This document shows positions 8,782-17,202 of a stretch of DNA of 41,777 nt, in pieces (the first letter of the stretch is position 1; the number at the start of each line of letters is the position of its first letter). The stretch comes from an uncultured Anaerolineaceae bacterium (GTDB taxonomy: Bacteria > Chloroflexota > Anaerolineae > Anaerolineales > E44-bin32): assembly GCA_964569445.1 (NCBI GenBank), contig CAZMVJ010000002.1, positions 1-41,777 on the forward strand, given 5' to 3'. The notes beneath the pieces are model-generated. The model saw only the letters and a list, made by a program, of their open reading frames with translations, made no database searches and had not been told where the DNA came from. The position numbers and the translations under genes were made by a program.

Positions 8782-8814
8782 TTTCATCCCAGCTTCATCT
8801 TTCTCCGATATAGT
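8782..8814 (+). promoter_or_regulatory. Direct-repeat box (TTTCATC-N4-CTTCATC, 11-bp register) plus a -10-like TATAGT upstream of the response-regulator gene.
   Basis: Half-sites at 8782-8788 and 8793-8799. TATAGT at 8809-8814 lies 9 nt after the second half-site. The same architecture recurs at 10917 and 11459. Confidence 0.55.
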
Positions 8815-8837
8815 AGTTTCGCCCCACGGGGACCCAT

Positions 8838-9521
8838 ATGCGCGTCCTGGTTGTCGAAGATGAGCGCAAGATATCCGCCTATCTCAAGCGAGGCCTTGAG
8901 GAGCAGGGGTACGCCGTTGACGCCGTCTTCACCGGGGCGGAAGCGCTTGATTGGGCTCAAGCCGCGGAGTACGACATCATCCTGCTGGATATCCTCCTAC
9001 CCGAAATGGATGGCCTCTCCGCCTGTCGCGAGCTGCGCCGACGCGGGGTCCGCTCGCCGATCCTGATGCTGACAGCCCGCGATGCGGTGGACGACCGGGT
9101 GGCCGGCCTGGACGCCGGCGCGGATGACTACCTGGTCAAGCCCTTCGCCATGAGGGAGTTACTCGCGCGCCTACGTGCCCTCACGCGCCGTTCCCCCGAA
9201 ACAGCCCGGACTTCCGTATGGCAGGTCGCTGACCTGACGCTCAACACCATGACTCGCCGTGTCCGGCGCGGCAAGAAGCCAGTGGAACTGACCGCCAAAG
9301 AGTATGCCGTTCTGGAGTGCTTGATGCGCGAGCCGGATCGCGTCCTCACCCGCACCATGATCGCCGAGCACGTCTGGAACTATGACGTGGTCAACCAGTC
9401 CAACGTCGTCGACGTCTACGTTCGGAACTTGCGGCGCAAGATCGACGACCCCTCTGATGTGAAACTCATCCACACGATTCGTGGCGCGGGCTACCGCCTT
9501 TCGGCCGAAGATGCGGATTAG
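8838..9521 (+). CDS. OmpR-family response regulator (CusR/CopR-like).
   Basis: Receiver domain MRVLVVEDE...DIILLDILLPEMDG...LMLTARD. Winged-helix domain LTAKEYAVLECLM...VVDVYVRNLRRKID...IRGAGYRL. Confidence 0.9.
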   Translation: MRVLVVEDERKISAYLKRGLEEQGYAVDAVFTGAEALDWAQAAEYDIILLDILLPEMDGLSACRELRRRGVRSPILMLTARDAVDDRVAGLDAGADDYLVKPFAMRELLARLRALTRRSPETARTSVWQVADLTLNTMTRRVRRGKKPVELTAKEYAVLECLMREPDRVLTRTMIAEHVWNYDVVNQSNVVDVYVRNLRRKIDDPSDVKLIHTIRGAGYRLSAEDAD

Positions 9522-10905
9522 AACCCTACGCCTCCGGTTTTCTCTCTGGACCGCCGCCCTTCTCGGCGCGGCGCTGATGGCATTTGGCGTGTTCGTCTAT
9601 TTCACCACGGCACGCGCCCTGGCCAATTCGATGGACGACTCGCTGCGGCTGAGCGCCTCGCAGGCGATGGCGGCCGTGAACGCCGAGGACGGGCAGATCA
9701 GCTTCTCCGACAGCATCCCCGGAGCCGGCGATTCCGCGGACGAACTCCGAGACCGCGGCTTGACGATCCGCATCGTCGATCAACAGGGGCGGATCATCCA
9801 GTCGTTCGGGGCCTACGCCTCCCTGCCGGTCGATCCCCCAAGTTTCGCAGCGGCTTTGCGTCAGCAGGCTACGTTCTCCACCGCCCCAGACCTCCTCGAG
9901 CAAGACCCCGTGCGCTTCTACACTGCCCCCATCCTTGAAAACGACGGGCTGGTCGGGATTGTTCAAGTTGGACAGAGCCTGGGCCCCGTCCAAGATACGC
10001 TCGAACGACTGCTCGCCACCCTGCTCATCGGCATGCCGATTCTGGCGGCCTTCGCCGCGCTGGCGGGTTACTTCCTGGCGGCCCGTGCACTCGCTCCGAT
10101 TGACCAAATCACCCGGACCGCTCGACGCATTTCGGCGCAGGATCTCTCCTCCCGGCTCAACCTGCCGACGACAGATGACGAGGTCGGCCGTCTAGCGGCG
10201 ACATTCGACGGCATGCTGGCGAGGCTGGATGACTCCTTCCGCCGCGAGCGCCAGTTCACCGCTGATGCGGCCCATGAACTCCGCACCCCCTTGGCCGCCA
10301 TGCAGACCATTCTCGGCGTTGTCCGTACCCAGCGCCGGACATCCGAATATTATGAGCAGGCTTTCGATGACCTCTCGGAAGAGGCACTCCGCCTTCGCAG
10401 CCTGGTCGAGGCCCTTTTGAGGTTGGCGCGTGGCGAGAGCCAAACGTCTGCGCTCCACGAAACGTTGGACCTCTCCAGTCTGCTGCCCGATGTTGCCGAT
10501 TCCCTCCGTCCCCTGGCCGAGGCGAAGGGGCTGACCCTGGCCTGCTCCGTCCCAAAGGGGCTGACCGTCTCAGGAGATGTGGACAGCCTGATCCGTCTGT
10601 TCGTGAACCTGATCGATAACGCCGTCAAGTACACCGAGCGCGGGTCGGTCCGGATCTCGGGGCACGCCAACGGTGCGGTGGTCAGCGTCATCGTAGAGGA
10701 TACGGGGATCGGCATTCCTGCCGAGCAGTTGCCGCGCATCTTCGATCGCTTCTACCGGGTGGATGCCTCCCGATCCACGCCCGGCGCGGGGCTGGGGTTG
10801 ACGATTGCCCGTGAAATCGCCACCGCCCACGGCGGGGCGGTGGAGGTGGACAGCGCCGCCGGACGGGGGTCAACGTTCACGGTTCGCCTGCCCCGATTAG
10901 AGTAA
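9511..10905 (+). CDS. Sensor histidine kinase (CusS-like: two TM helices, HAMP, HisKA, HATPase).
   Basis: The ATG at 9511 overlaps the regulator stop. H-box FTADAAHELRTPL. N box NLIDNAVKYT. G boxes DTGIGIP and GAGLGLTIA. Confidence 0.9.
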   Translation: MRIRTLRLRFSLWTAALLGAALMAFGVFVYFTTARALANSMDDSLRLSASQAMAAVNAEDGQISFSDSIPGAGDSADELRDRGLTIRIVDQQGRIIQSFGAYASLPVDPPSFAAALRQQATFSTAPDLLEQDPVRFYTAPILENDGLVGIVQVGQSLGPVQDTLERLLATLLIGMPILAAFAALAGYFLAARALAPIDQITRTARRISAQDLSSRLNLPTTDDEVGRLAATFDGMLARLDDSFRRERQFTADAAHELRTPLAAMQTILGVVRTQRRTSEYYEQAFDDLSEEALRLRSLVEALLRLARGESQTSALHETLDLSSLLPDVADSLRPLAEAKGLTLACSVPKGLTVSGDVDSLIRLFVNLIDNAVKYTERGSVRISGHANGAVVSVIVEDTGIGIPAEQLPRIFDRFYRVDASRSTPGAGLGLTIAREIATAHGGAVEVDSAAGRGSTFTVRLPRLE

Positions 10906-10916
10906 TTGCCGTTTCG

Positions 10917-10949
10917 CTTCATGGGGGCTTCATCTGGGGCGGCTACTCT
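10917..10949 (+). promoter_or_regulatory. Second copy of the direct-repeat box plus a -10-like TACTCT.
   Basis: CTTCATG at 10917-10923 and CTTCATC at 10928-10934. TACTCT at 10944-10949 again lies 9 nt downstream. The box is located just after the kinase stop and upstream of the acidic protein gene. Confidence 0.5.
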
Positions 10950-11005
10950 GGAGGCGTGGTCGGGGAACCTAAGAGCCCCAATTCACGCCACGACGAGGGA
11001 ACCCG

Positions 11006-11353
11006 ATGAGAAGCGCTCGCTGGATCGTTCTTGTAGCCATTGCCGTCCTCGCCCTGGGTGCGGTCGGCGCGTCGAGTTACCGCGCCCTTGCCCACCGGGC
11101 GGCCGGCTCCGCCGCTCAGTCGCAGGATTGCGCCAGCGACGAAAGCGATGACGCCGCCGAAATCCGGGGCGCCGTCGACACCGATACGGTGGAGTTGGAG
11201 TGCGGGGACCAGAATGGGCCGGATAACGGGGTGGACAGCGAGGAGGTTTCTTCCAGCCCGGACACCGACGACGTTCAGGAGGGCGCTGGCGAACAAATCG
11301 AAGACGGGCAACCTGATTTGCCCAATGCCGCTCCCGAAGCGCCCGGCGAATAG
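11006..11353 (+). CDS. Small secreted or anchored, highly acidic protein.
   Basis: N-terminal hydrophobic segment WIVLVAIAVLALGAVGA, then a D/E/Q/G-rich tail (GDQNGPDNGVDSEE..., QEGAGEQIEDGQPD). SD GAGGGA upstream. It is a paralogue of 21271..21693. Confidence 0.6.
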   Translation: MRSARWIVLVAIAVLALGAVGASSYRALAHRAAGSAAQSQDCASDESDDAAEIRGAVDTDTVELECGDQNGPDNGVDSEEVSSSPDTDDVQEGAGEQIEDGQPDLPNAAPEAPGE

Positions 11354-11388
11354 CCGCACACCTCCGACTTCCAAACCGCGCACCCCAC

Positions 11389-11426
11389 CTCAGCCCCTGG
11401 CCCATCGCCGGGGGCTGAGCTTTTCG
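11389..11426 (+). terminator. Rho-independent-type terminator.
   Basis: CTCAGCCCC (11389-11397) pairs with GGGGCTGAG (11411-11419) and is followed by CTTTTC. Confidence 0.6.
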
Positions 11427-11447
11427 CCCTCAGTGAGGTGAGCGGGG

Positions 11448-11491
11448 CATCATCTCGATTTCATCGGGGCTTCATCTTGAACTGGCATGAT
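11448..11491 (+). promoter_or_regulatory. Third copy of the direct-repeat box (three half-sites in 11-bp register) plus a -10-like CATGAT.
   Basis: CATCATC at 11448, TTTCATC at 11459 and CTTCATC at 11470. CATGAT at 11486-11491 lies 9 nt after the last half-site. The box is upstream of the lipoprotein-ABC operon. Confidence 0.5.
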
Positions 11492-11546
11492 GCATCCCGT
11501 AAGGCGTGGCGCCCGCCACTGCGCCGCCAGCAAGGAGACAAGAAGC

Positions 11547-12125
11547 ATGTTCCGTCGAATCCGCACCATTGAACTCGTCACGTTGATTCCCGTCTTGGCA
11601 TTGGCTGCCTGCGCGGGAGAAAGAGCCCCTGTCGTCAGCAGTGGAGGGGGCGGTGAGATCGGTGGCGAAGGCGGCGCGGAAGCCTCCCTGGTTACCTACG
11701 CCGACGCGGCGCAGGGCTTTTCTATAGGCTACCCCAGCTCGTGGACTCAAGACGGATCCGTGACGAACGGCGTCAAGTTCGCGGGGGCCGACGCCAGCAT
11801 GACCCTGGAATTCGTTGACCCGCCCGCAGGAACGGATGCCATGACGTATGCGCAGGCCGATGTCTCCGGCGTGAGCGCTGCCTTCCAGGGCTTCCAACAA
11901 CTCAGCTTGGGTCCTTCCACCGAGGTCAAGAATGCGGTCATCCTCGGCTTTGAGGCCGCGGACACCTCGGCGATCACAGGAAAGAGCCTCACCGCCCACA
12001 ATGAGCGCTACTACATGCCCCTGATTGACGGCCGCATTGCCATCCTGACGGTCCTTGGACCCAGCAATACCTACGACCGCGAAGGCGTCCGAGATATCGC
12101 CCTGTCGTTCAGGACAACGCCGTAG
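11547..12125 (+). CDS. Lipoprotein of unknown function (PsbP/DcrB-like sequence character).
   Basis: Start MFRRIRT with the SD AAGGAG upstream. Lipobox LALAAC. Confidence 0.7.
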   Translation: MFRRIRTIELVTLIPVLALAACAGERAPVVSSGGGGEIGGEGGAEASLVTYADAAQGFSIGYPSSWTQDGSVTNGVKFAGADASMTLEFVDPPAGTDAMTYAQADVSGVSAAFQGFQQLSLGPSTEVKNAVILGFEAADTSAITGKSLTAHNERYYMPLIDGRIAILTVLGPSNTYDREGVRDIALSFRTTP

Positions 12126-12177
12126 CCGCTCCCCACCGGCACCCCGGATAGGCACCACCCCACTGCAGGGGTACCCA

Positions 12178-12861
12178 ATGGAATCACTGATCCTGCAAGA
12201 CCTCTTCAAGATCTACAAGGAAGGTGACATTGAAACCGTCGCCTTGCGAGGCGCCCGGCTGAGCGTGGAGCCTGGCGAGTTTACCGCCATCACTGGGCGT
12301 TCGGGCGCTGGGAAGAGCACCTTGCTTCACATCCTCGGCGGCCTGATGGAGCCGAGCGCCGGCCGGGTGGTGATCGACGGCACGGACATTGCTCGGCTCA
12401 ACGAGCGGGACCGGGCGGTTTTCCGGCGCGGGCATATCGGGATTGTTTTCCAAGCCGATAATTTGATTCCCTTTCTCTCAGCCCTTGAGAACGTGGTGTT
12501 ACCTATGCAACTCGCCGGGCGAAAGAACGCCGCAGGGCGCGCCCGAAGGCTGTTGGCCGAGGTCGGGCTGGCGGAGCGGATGCGCCACAGGCCGGGTATG
12601 CTCTCCGGTGGCGAGCGGCAGCGAGTCGCCATCGCCGTCGCCCTGGCCAACGAGCCGGGAATCCTCCTGGCAGACGAACTGACCGGCGAGTTGGATTCCG
12701 CCACCGCCGACCATGTGATGGACCTGTTGGCGGGGCTGAACGCTATTCGCGGGTTGACACTCATCGTCGTCACCCACAACAAGGTCGTGGCGTCCCGCGC
12801 CAGACGCCAGGTCAGGATCGCCGACGGTCAGCTCTTTGAGGGAGAGGCAGCCCATGCCTGA
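12178..12861 (+). CDS. ABC transporter ATP-binding protein (MacB/LolD/FtsE type), copy 1.
   Basis: Walker A GRSGAGKST, signature LSGGERQRVAIA, Walker B ILLADE. Confidence 0.9.
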   Translation: MESLILQDLFKIYKEGDIETVALRGARLSVEPGEFTAITGRSGAGKSTLLHILGGLMEPSAGRVVIDGTDIARLNERDRAVFRRGHIGIVFQADNLIPFLSALENVVLPMQLAGRKNAAGRARRLLAEVGLAERMRHRPGMLSGGERQRVAIAVALANEPGILLADELTGELDSATADHVMDLLAGLNAIRGLTLIVVTHNKVVASRARRQVRIADGQLFEGEAAHA

Positions 12862-13561
12862 CATCGTCCCCGGAGAGGACATCGCCTTGCAGACCATCTC
12901 TCTAAGACGGGAATACCGCCTGGGCCGCGAGACGATCACCGCCCTAGGGGGAGTGGATATTTCCATCGAAAGAGGCGAATTCGTAGCCGTCATGGGGCCC
13001 AGCGGATGCGGAAAATCAACCCTTCTGAACCTGCTTGGGGGCCTCGACCAGCCGACCGCTGGAAGAGTCCTGATCGACGGACATGATCTCTCGGCGTACT
13101 CAGAGGAACAGCTGGCTTCCCTACGCCGCGGGAAGATGGGTTTCATTTTCCAGCGGCACGACTTGTTCCCGGTCCTGACCGCCAGGGAAAACGTGGAGTT
13201 CCCGATGCTGCTGGATGGGGCGGTCCCTGCCGAGCGCAGGGATCGCGCGGGCGAACTGCTGGCGTTGGTCGGGCTGGCGGACAAGGCCGACCACCTCCCT
13301 GACGAGCTCTCCGGCGGTGAGCAGCAGCGCGTCGGCATCGCCCGCGCCCTCGCCAATGCCGCCGAGACGCTTCTGGCTGATGAGCCCACTGGTAACCTGG
13401 ACAGCGCCACTGCCTCGGAAATCATCGCCGCTCTGGTTTCGCTGGCCGGCGCTCGCGACCTGACCCTGGTGATGGTCACGCACGACCCGGAAGTGGCCGC
13501 GCATGCCGACCGCATCCTGCAGCTCAAAGACGGCCTGCTTGTCGCCGGGAATGGGGTTTAG
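12854..13561 (+). CDS. ABC transporter ATP-binding protein (MacB/LolD/FtsE type), copy 2.
   Basis: Walker A GPSGCGKST, signature LSGGEQQRVGIA, Walker B TLLADE. The start overlaps the previous stop (ATGCCTGA). Confidence 0.9.
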   Translation: MPDIVPGEDIALQTISLRREYRLGRETITALGGVDISIERGEFVAVMGPSGCGKSTLLNLLGGLDQPTAGRVLIDGHDLSAYSEEQLASLRRGKMGFIFQRHDLFPVLTARENVEFPMLLDGAVPAERRDRAGELLALVGLADKADHLPDELSGGEQQRVGIARALANAAETLLADEPTGNLDSATASEIIAALVSLAGARDLTLVMVTHDPEVAAHADRILQLKDGLLVAGNGV

Positions 13562-13563
13562 AA

Positions 13564-16344
13564 ATGACATTCGCCTATGCCTGGCGGCTGGTCCTGCGGA
13601 ATCCACGACGTACCGCCACTTACCTGTTTGGCCTCGCCCTGGCGGTTGGACTGTTCGCCGGGATCCTGTTCTTCGTCGACGCCACTGCTCGCCAAATGAC
13701 GGGGACGGCGATTGCCGCGGTCCAGTTGGACCTGGTAGTGCGTGCCACTACCCCGGACATGGACCTGCCCGCAGTGGCGGAGCAACTCGCGGGCCAGCGC
13801 GGCATCCTAGCGGTAGAGCCGATGACGGTGGCGGATTTCACCTCCGCCGTCAAAGTCGGCGGGACGGAACATTCGCCCGCCGGACGGCTGTTCGCCGTCA
13901 ACCCGTCCTATTTCCAGACCTTCGATGTCGCGCAGGTGACGCAAGGTCGGCTCAACCCCACGGGGGTGATGGTCGGCGAGGAGATGGCGATCGCCCTGGA
14001 CCTGCAGCTGGGCGACACGATCCAACTGACCTTCGCCGGTCTCGACCAGCCAGTCGTCCTGCCTATCACCGGCATCGTCAACATGAGCAATGCCGACGCC
14101 TTGTTTTCCACGGCCACGGAAGCGGAGAACGCGGTGGTTGCCAACGTGGCCTTCGTAGACAGCGGCTGGTTCGTCGCCCATTTGCAGCCGCAACTGGCGC
14201 CACTGATGGCCAACCCACCGGCCGCCCTGCCGATCGGGTCGATCCTGCTCGACCAGCAGGCCCACGTCCGGATCGACCGCTCCCTGTTGCCTGCCTACCC
14301 AATCCGGGCGGCCCAGTTCACGGCAGCCCTGCGCCGGGAGCTGGAACGCCAGTTCCCTGGCCGGTTGAAAGCCACTGACAATCTCTCCGGCGCGTTCCGG
14401 AATGCCCGTTCGGATGTGCTAGCCGCCAAGATCCTCTTCATCTTCCTTGGGCTGCCTGGCGTGGCCTTGGCGGCTTACTTGGCAAAGTTCGCAGCCGAGT
14501 TGTTTTCCGAAGCGCAGCGCCGCGAGTTGAGCCTGTTGCGGACGCGCGGCGCCAGCCCGTCCCAGATGGCAGCCATGATTGCAGTCACCTCCGTTTTTCT
14601 GGCCCTGGGGGGCTCGGCATTGGGCCTGCTTCTCGGCCTGCTCCTGCTGCAGGTCAGCGCCAGAACGCAGATGACCGGCCTACTCAACCCGTTCGCCCCC
14701 GGCTTCGATTGGGGACTCTTTCGGAATTCCGCCGGCCTGGCTTTCCTGGCCGGTTTGCTGCTGACCTTCTTGGCCGCCTTCTTGCCCAGTATTGGCGCCT
14801 TGCGCCGTGAGGTCACTCAGGATCGCCGCACAGCCCGCCGGGCGGAGACGGCCCCGTTCTGGAAGCGCATGTACCTGGACGTCATCCTGCTGGCTGCCTC
14901 GGTTATCGTGCTGGTCGTCATGCAGCTGAACGGCGGCTTCAAGCCTTCCGCCAACGAGGCGGTGACGGTTCAGCTTTCCTTCTACATCTTCCTGGCCCCG
15001 TTTTTTGCCTGGATCGGGCTGATCCTGCTCACCTTGCGGTTGGTGGAAGCCGGCTTGAAAGCCGCCCCTGCGCCGTTGGCGGCCGGGTTCCGGAGGCTGT
15101 TCGGTGAGATAGGTGAGGTCGCGGGCAAGTCAGTCGCACGCCGCGCCCGGCGCATCAGTGCCGCCACCGCCGTCATCGCCCTGACCTTGTCCTTTGGAGT
15201 GAGCCTTGTGCTTTTTGAGAGAACCTATGCCACCGAGAAGCAACTCGACGCGCAGTACGTGGTCGGTTCCGATATCCGCTTCACGCCGGCTTTGAATACC
15301 CCACAGACCGCAGACTTTGCCGACCAACTCCGGGTCCCGGGTGTCACCGGCGTGACGGGGGTCGCGAGAGATACGCGCGTGCTGATCGGTTCGGAAAAGG
15401 ATGTGGTGTATGGGATCGATGCGGCCTCGTTTCGGCAGGTGGCTTATCTGCCGGACAGTTTCTTCGTGGACGGAGCGGCGCAGCAGACCATCGATGCCCT
15501 CACCAATCACACGACCCGCTATGCGCCGGGCTCGGCCCGGCAGGTGCTCGACGCGCTGGCCAGCACGCCCGACGGCGTGATCATTTCGGTCGAGCGGGCC
15601 GAGATGTACAACATCCTCGTCGGCGACCCTTTGCTGATGCGCCTCTACGATCGGGCCACGAATACCTATGTCGACGTAACGACCAAGGTTGTCGGGATGT
15701 TTGTCTATTTCCCCACTTCGGCCTATGACTCGGATTTCGTCCTCAACCGCGACTTCATGATCGGAAGCTCGGGTAACTCGTCCATGGACTTCTTCCTGCT
15801 CGAAACGAACGGTCAACCCCAGACGATCGCGCAAGTTTCCGACAAGCTGGCTGCGCAGTACCGGAACGTTATGCCGGTGCGGATGCAGAGTACCCAGACG
15901 GTGATCAAGATCGAGGAGAGTTCGCTCACCTCCCTGAACATAGGTGGGTTGGGGACTATGGAGCTGGTCTACACCGTGCTGGTGACCTCCGTCGGGCTGG
16001 CGATCTTCCTGCTGGCCATGATCAATGAACGCCAACGCGAGTTCGGGGCGATGCGCGCCCTGGGTGCGAACCTGGGCCACCTGAGGCGCTTTCTGTTCAC
16101 CGAAGCGTTTACCATCGGCGGGTTGAGCCTGGTGGTTGGGGCGGGGGTCGGCATCCTGCTGGCTCGCATGCTTGTGATGCTGTTGGGGGTCATTTTCACC
16201 ATCCCCGCAAGGGGCCTGGCCTGGCCCGGTCTGGAGCTCCTAACGCTGGGCGGCTTTGTCATTGTCGGGATGGTCGGCAGCGTCCTAATCAGCGCCCGCC
16301 GTCTGAGCACGTTGAGAGTCGTGGAAGCACTGAGGGAGCTGTGA
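13564..16344 (+). CDS. Fused double FtsX/MacB-type ABC permease (about 10 TM helices, two large extracytoplasmic domains).
   Basis: 926 aa. The pattern TM1, about 250-aa loop, three TM helices (FtsX module) is repeated after two linker helices. Confidence 0.85.
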   Translation: MTFAYAWRLVLRNPRRTATYLFGLALAVGLFAGILFFVDATARQMTGTAIAAVQLDLVVRATTPDMDLPAVAEQLAGQRGILAVEPMTVADFTSAVKVGGTEHSPAGRLFAVNPSYFQTFDVAQVTQGRLNPTGVMVGEEMAIALDLQLGDTIQLTFAGLDQPVVLPITGIVNMSNADALFSTATEAENAVVANVAFVDSGWFVAHLQPQLAPLMANPPAALPIGSILLDQQAHVRIDRSLLPAYPIRAAQFTAALRRELERQFPGRLKATDNLSGAFRNARSDVLAAKILFIFLGLPGVALAAYLAKFAAELFSEAQRRELSLLRTRGASPSQMAAMIAVTSVFLALGGSALGLLLGLLLLQVSARTQMTGLLNPFAPGFDWGLFRNSAGLAFLAGLLLTFLAAFLPSIGALRREVTQDRRTARRAETAPFWKRMYLDVILLAASVIVLVVMQLNGGFKPSANEAVTVQLSFYIFLAPFFAWIGLILLTLRLVEAGLKAAPAPLAAGFRRLFGEIGEVAGKSVARRARRISAATAVIALTLSFGVSLVLFERTYATEKQLDAQYVVGSDIRFTPALNTPQTADFADQLRVPGVTGVTGVARDTRVLIGSEKDVVYGIDAASFRQVAYLPDSFFVDGAAQQTIDALTNHTTRYAPGSARQVLDALASTPDGVIISVERAEMYNILVGDPLLMRLYDRATNTYVDVTTKVVGMFVYFPTSAYDSDFVLNRDFMIGSSGNSSMDFFLLETNGQPQTIAQVSDKLAAQYRNVMPVRMQSTQTVIKIEESSLTSLNIGGLGTMELVYTVLVTSVGLAIFLLAMINERQREFGAMRALGANLGHLRRFLFTEAFTIGGLSLVVGAGVGILLARMLVMLLGVIFTIPARGLAWPGLELLTLGGFVIVGMVGSVLISARRLSTLRVVEALREL

Positions 16345-16400
16345 GCCCTCAAATCAAGGGCCGTCATTGGCCATCTCGACACCAGAAAGGGTGGAGGATC

Positions 16401-17132
16401 ATGAAACGGACCGCGCGCCTTGGTTTGTTCGGCCCAGCCATCGTGATGCTGGCGACAGCCTGCGCAGGACGTCCCCCGCAGGTTGTTCAACCGACGGAAG
16501 CAATTTACGCTCCTGTGATCGACCCCGCCAACTTCGTCACCGGGATCGACAACCCCTATATGCCCTTGAAGCCAGGCACGACATTCGTCTACGATGGTCA
16601 AACGGAAAAGGGCAATGAACATAACGAGGTCGCGGTCTCGTCCGAGACGAAGATCATCATGGGGGTACCTTGTGTCGTGGTCCAAGACACCGTCATGGTC
16701 GACGGGGTATTGGAGGAGGCGACAACGGATTGGTACGCCCAGGACAAGGAAGGGAACGTCTGGTACTTCGGCGAGGACTCGAAGGATTACGAGAACGGGC
16801 AAGTTGTCAGCACCAAAGGCTCATGGGAGGCTGGCGTCGATGGCGCGCTGCCCGGCATCGTCATGGAAGCCCATCCGAAGGAAGGCGATACCTACCGGCA
16901 GGAGTACTACAAAGGCGAGGCGGAGGACTGGGCCTCGGTCATCAGCTTGAATGAGTCGGCCTCGGTCCCTTGGGGCTCCTACGCCAACCTGCTCATGACA
17001 AACGAATGGGCCGCGCTTGACAACCCGCCGGTCTACGAGCACAAGTATTACGCCCCAGGCGTGGGCTTAGTCATGACCAAGTACGTCGAGGGTGGCTTCG
17101 AGCTGAAGCTGACCGAGGTCCGTCACGAATGA
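16401..17132 (+). CDS. Lipoprotein of unknown function.
   Basis: Start MKRTARLGLF with the SD GGAGGA upstream. Lipobox LATAC. It directly follows the permease gene. Confidence 0.7.
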   Translation: MKRTARLGLFGPAIVMLATACAGRPPQVVQPTEAIYAPVIDPANFVTGIDNPYMPLKPGTTFVYDGQTEKGNEHNEVAVSSETKIIMGVPCVVVQDTVMVDGVLEEATTDWYAQDKEGNVWYFGEDSKDYENGQVVSTKGSWEAGVDGALPGIVMEAHPKEGDTYRQEYYKGEAEDWASVISLNESASVPWGSYANLLMTNEWAALDNPPVYEHKYYAPGVGLVMTKYVEGGFELKLTEVRHE

Positions 17133-17202
17133 ACGACTGTGCGGTCGAGAAGCCCTTAGTAGACCACAAAGCCGTCGAGATGAAGCAGTCGAAGGGTAGT
17201 CG

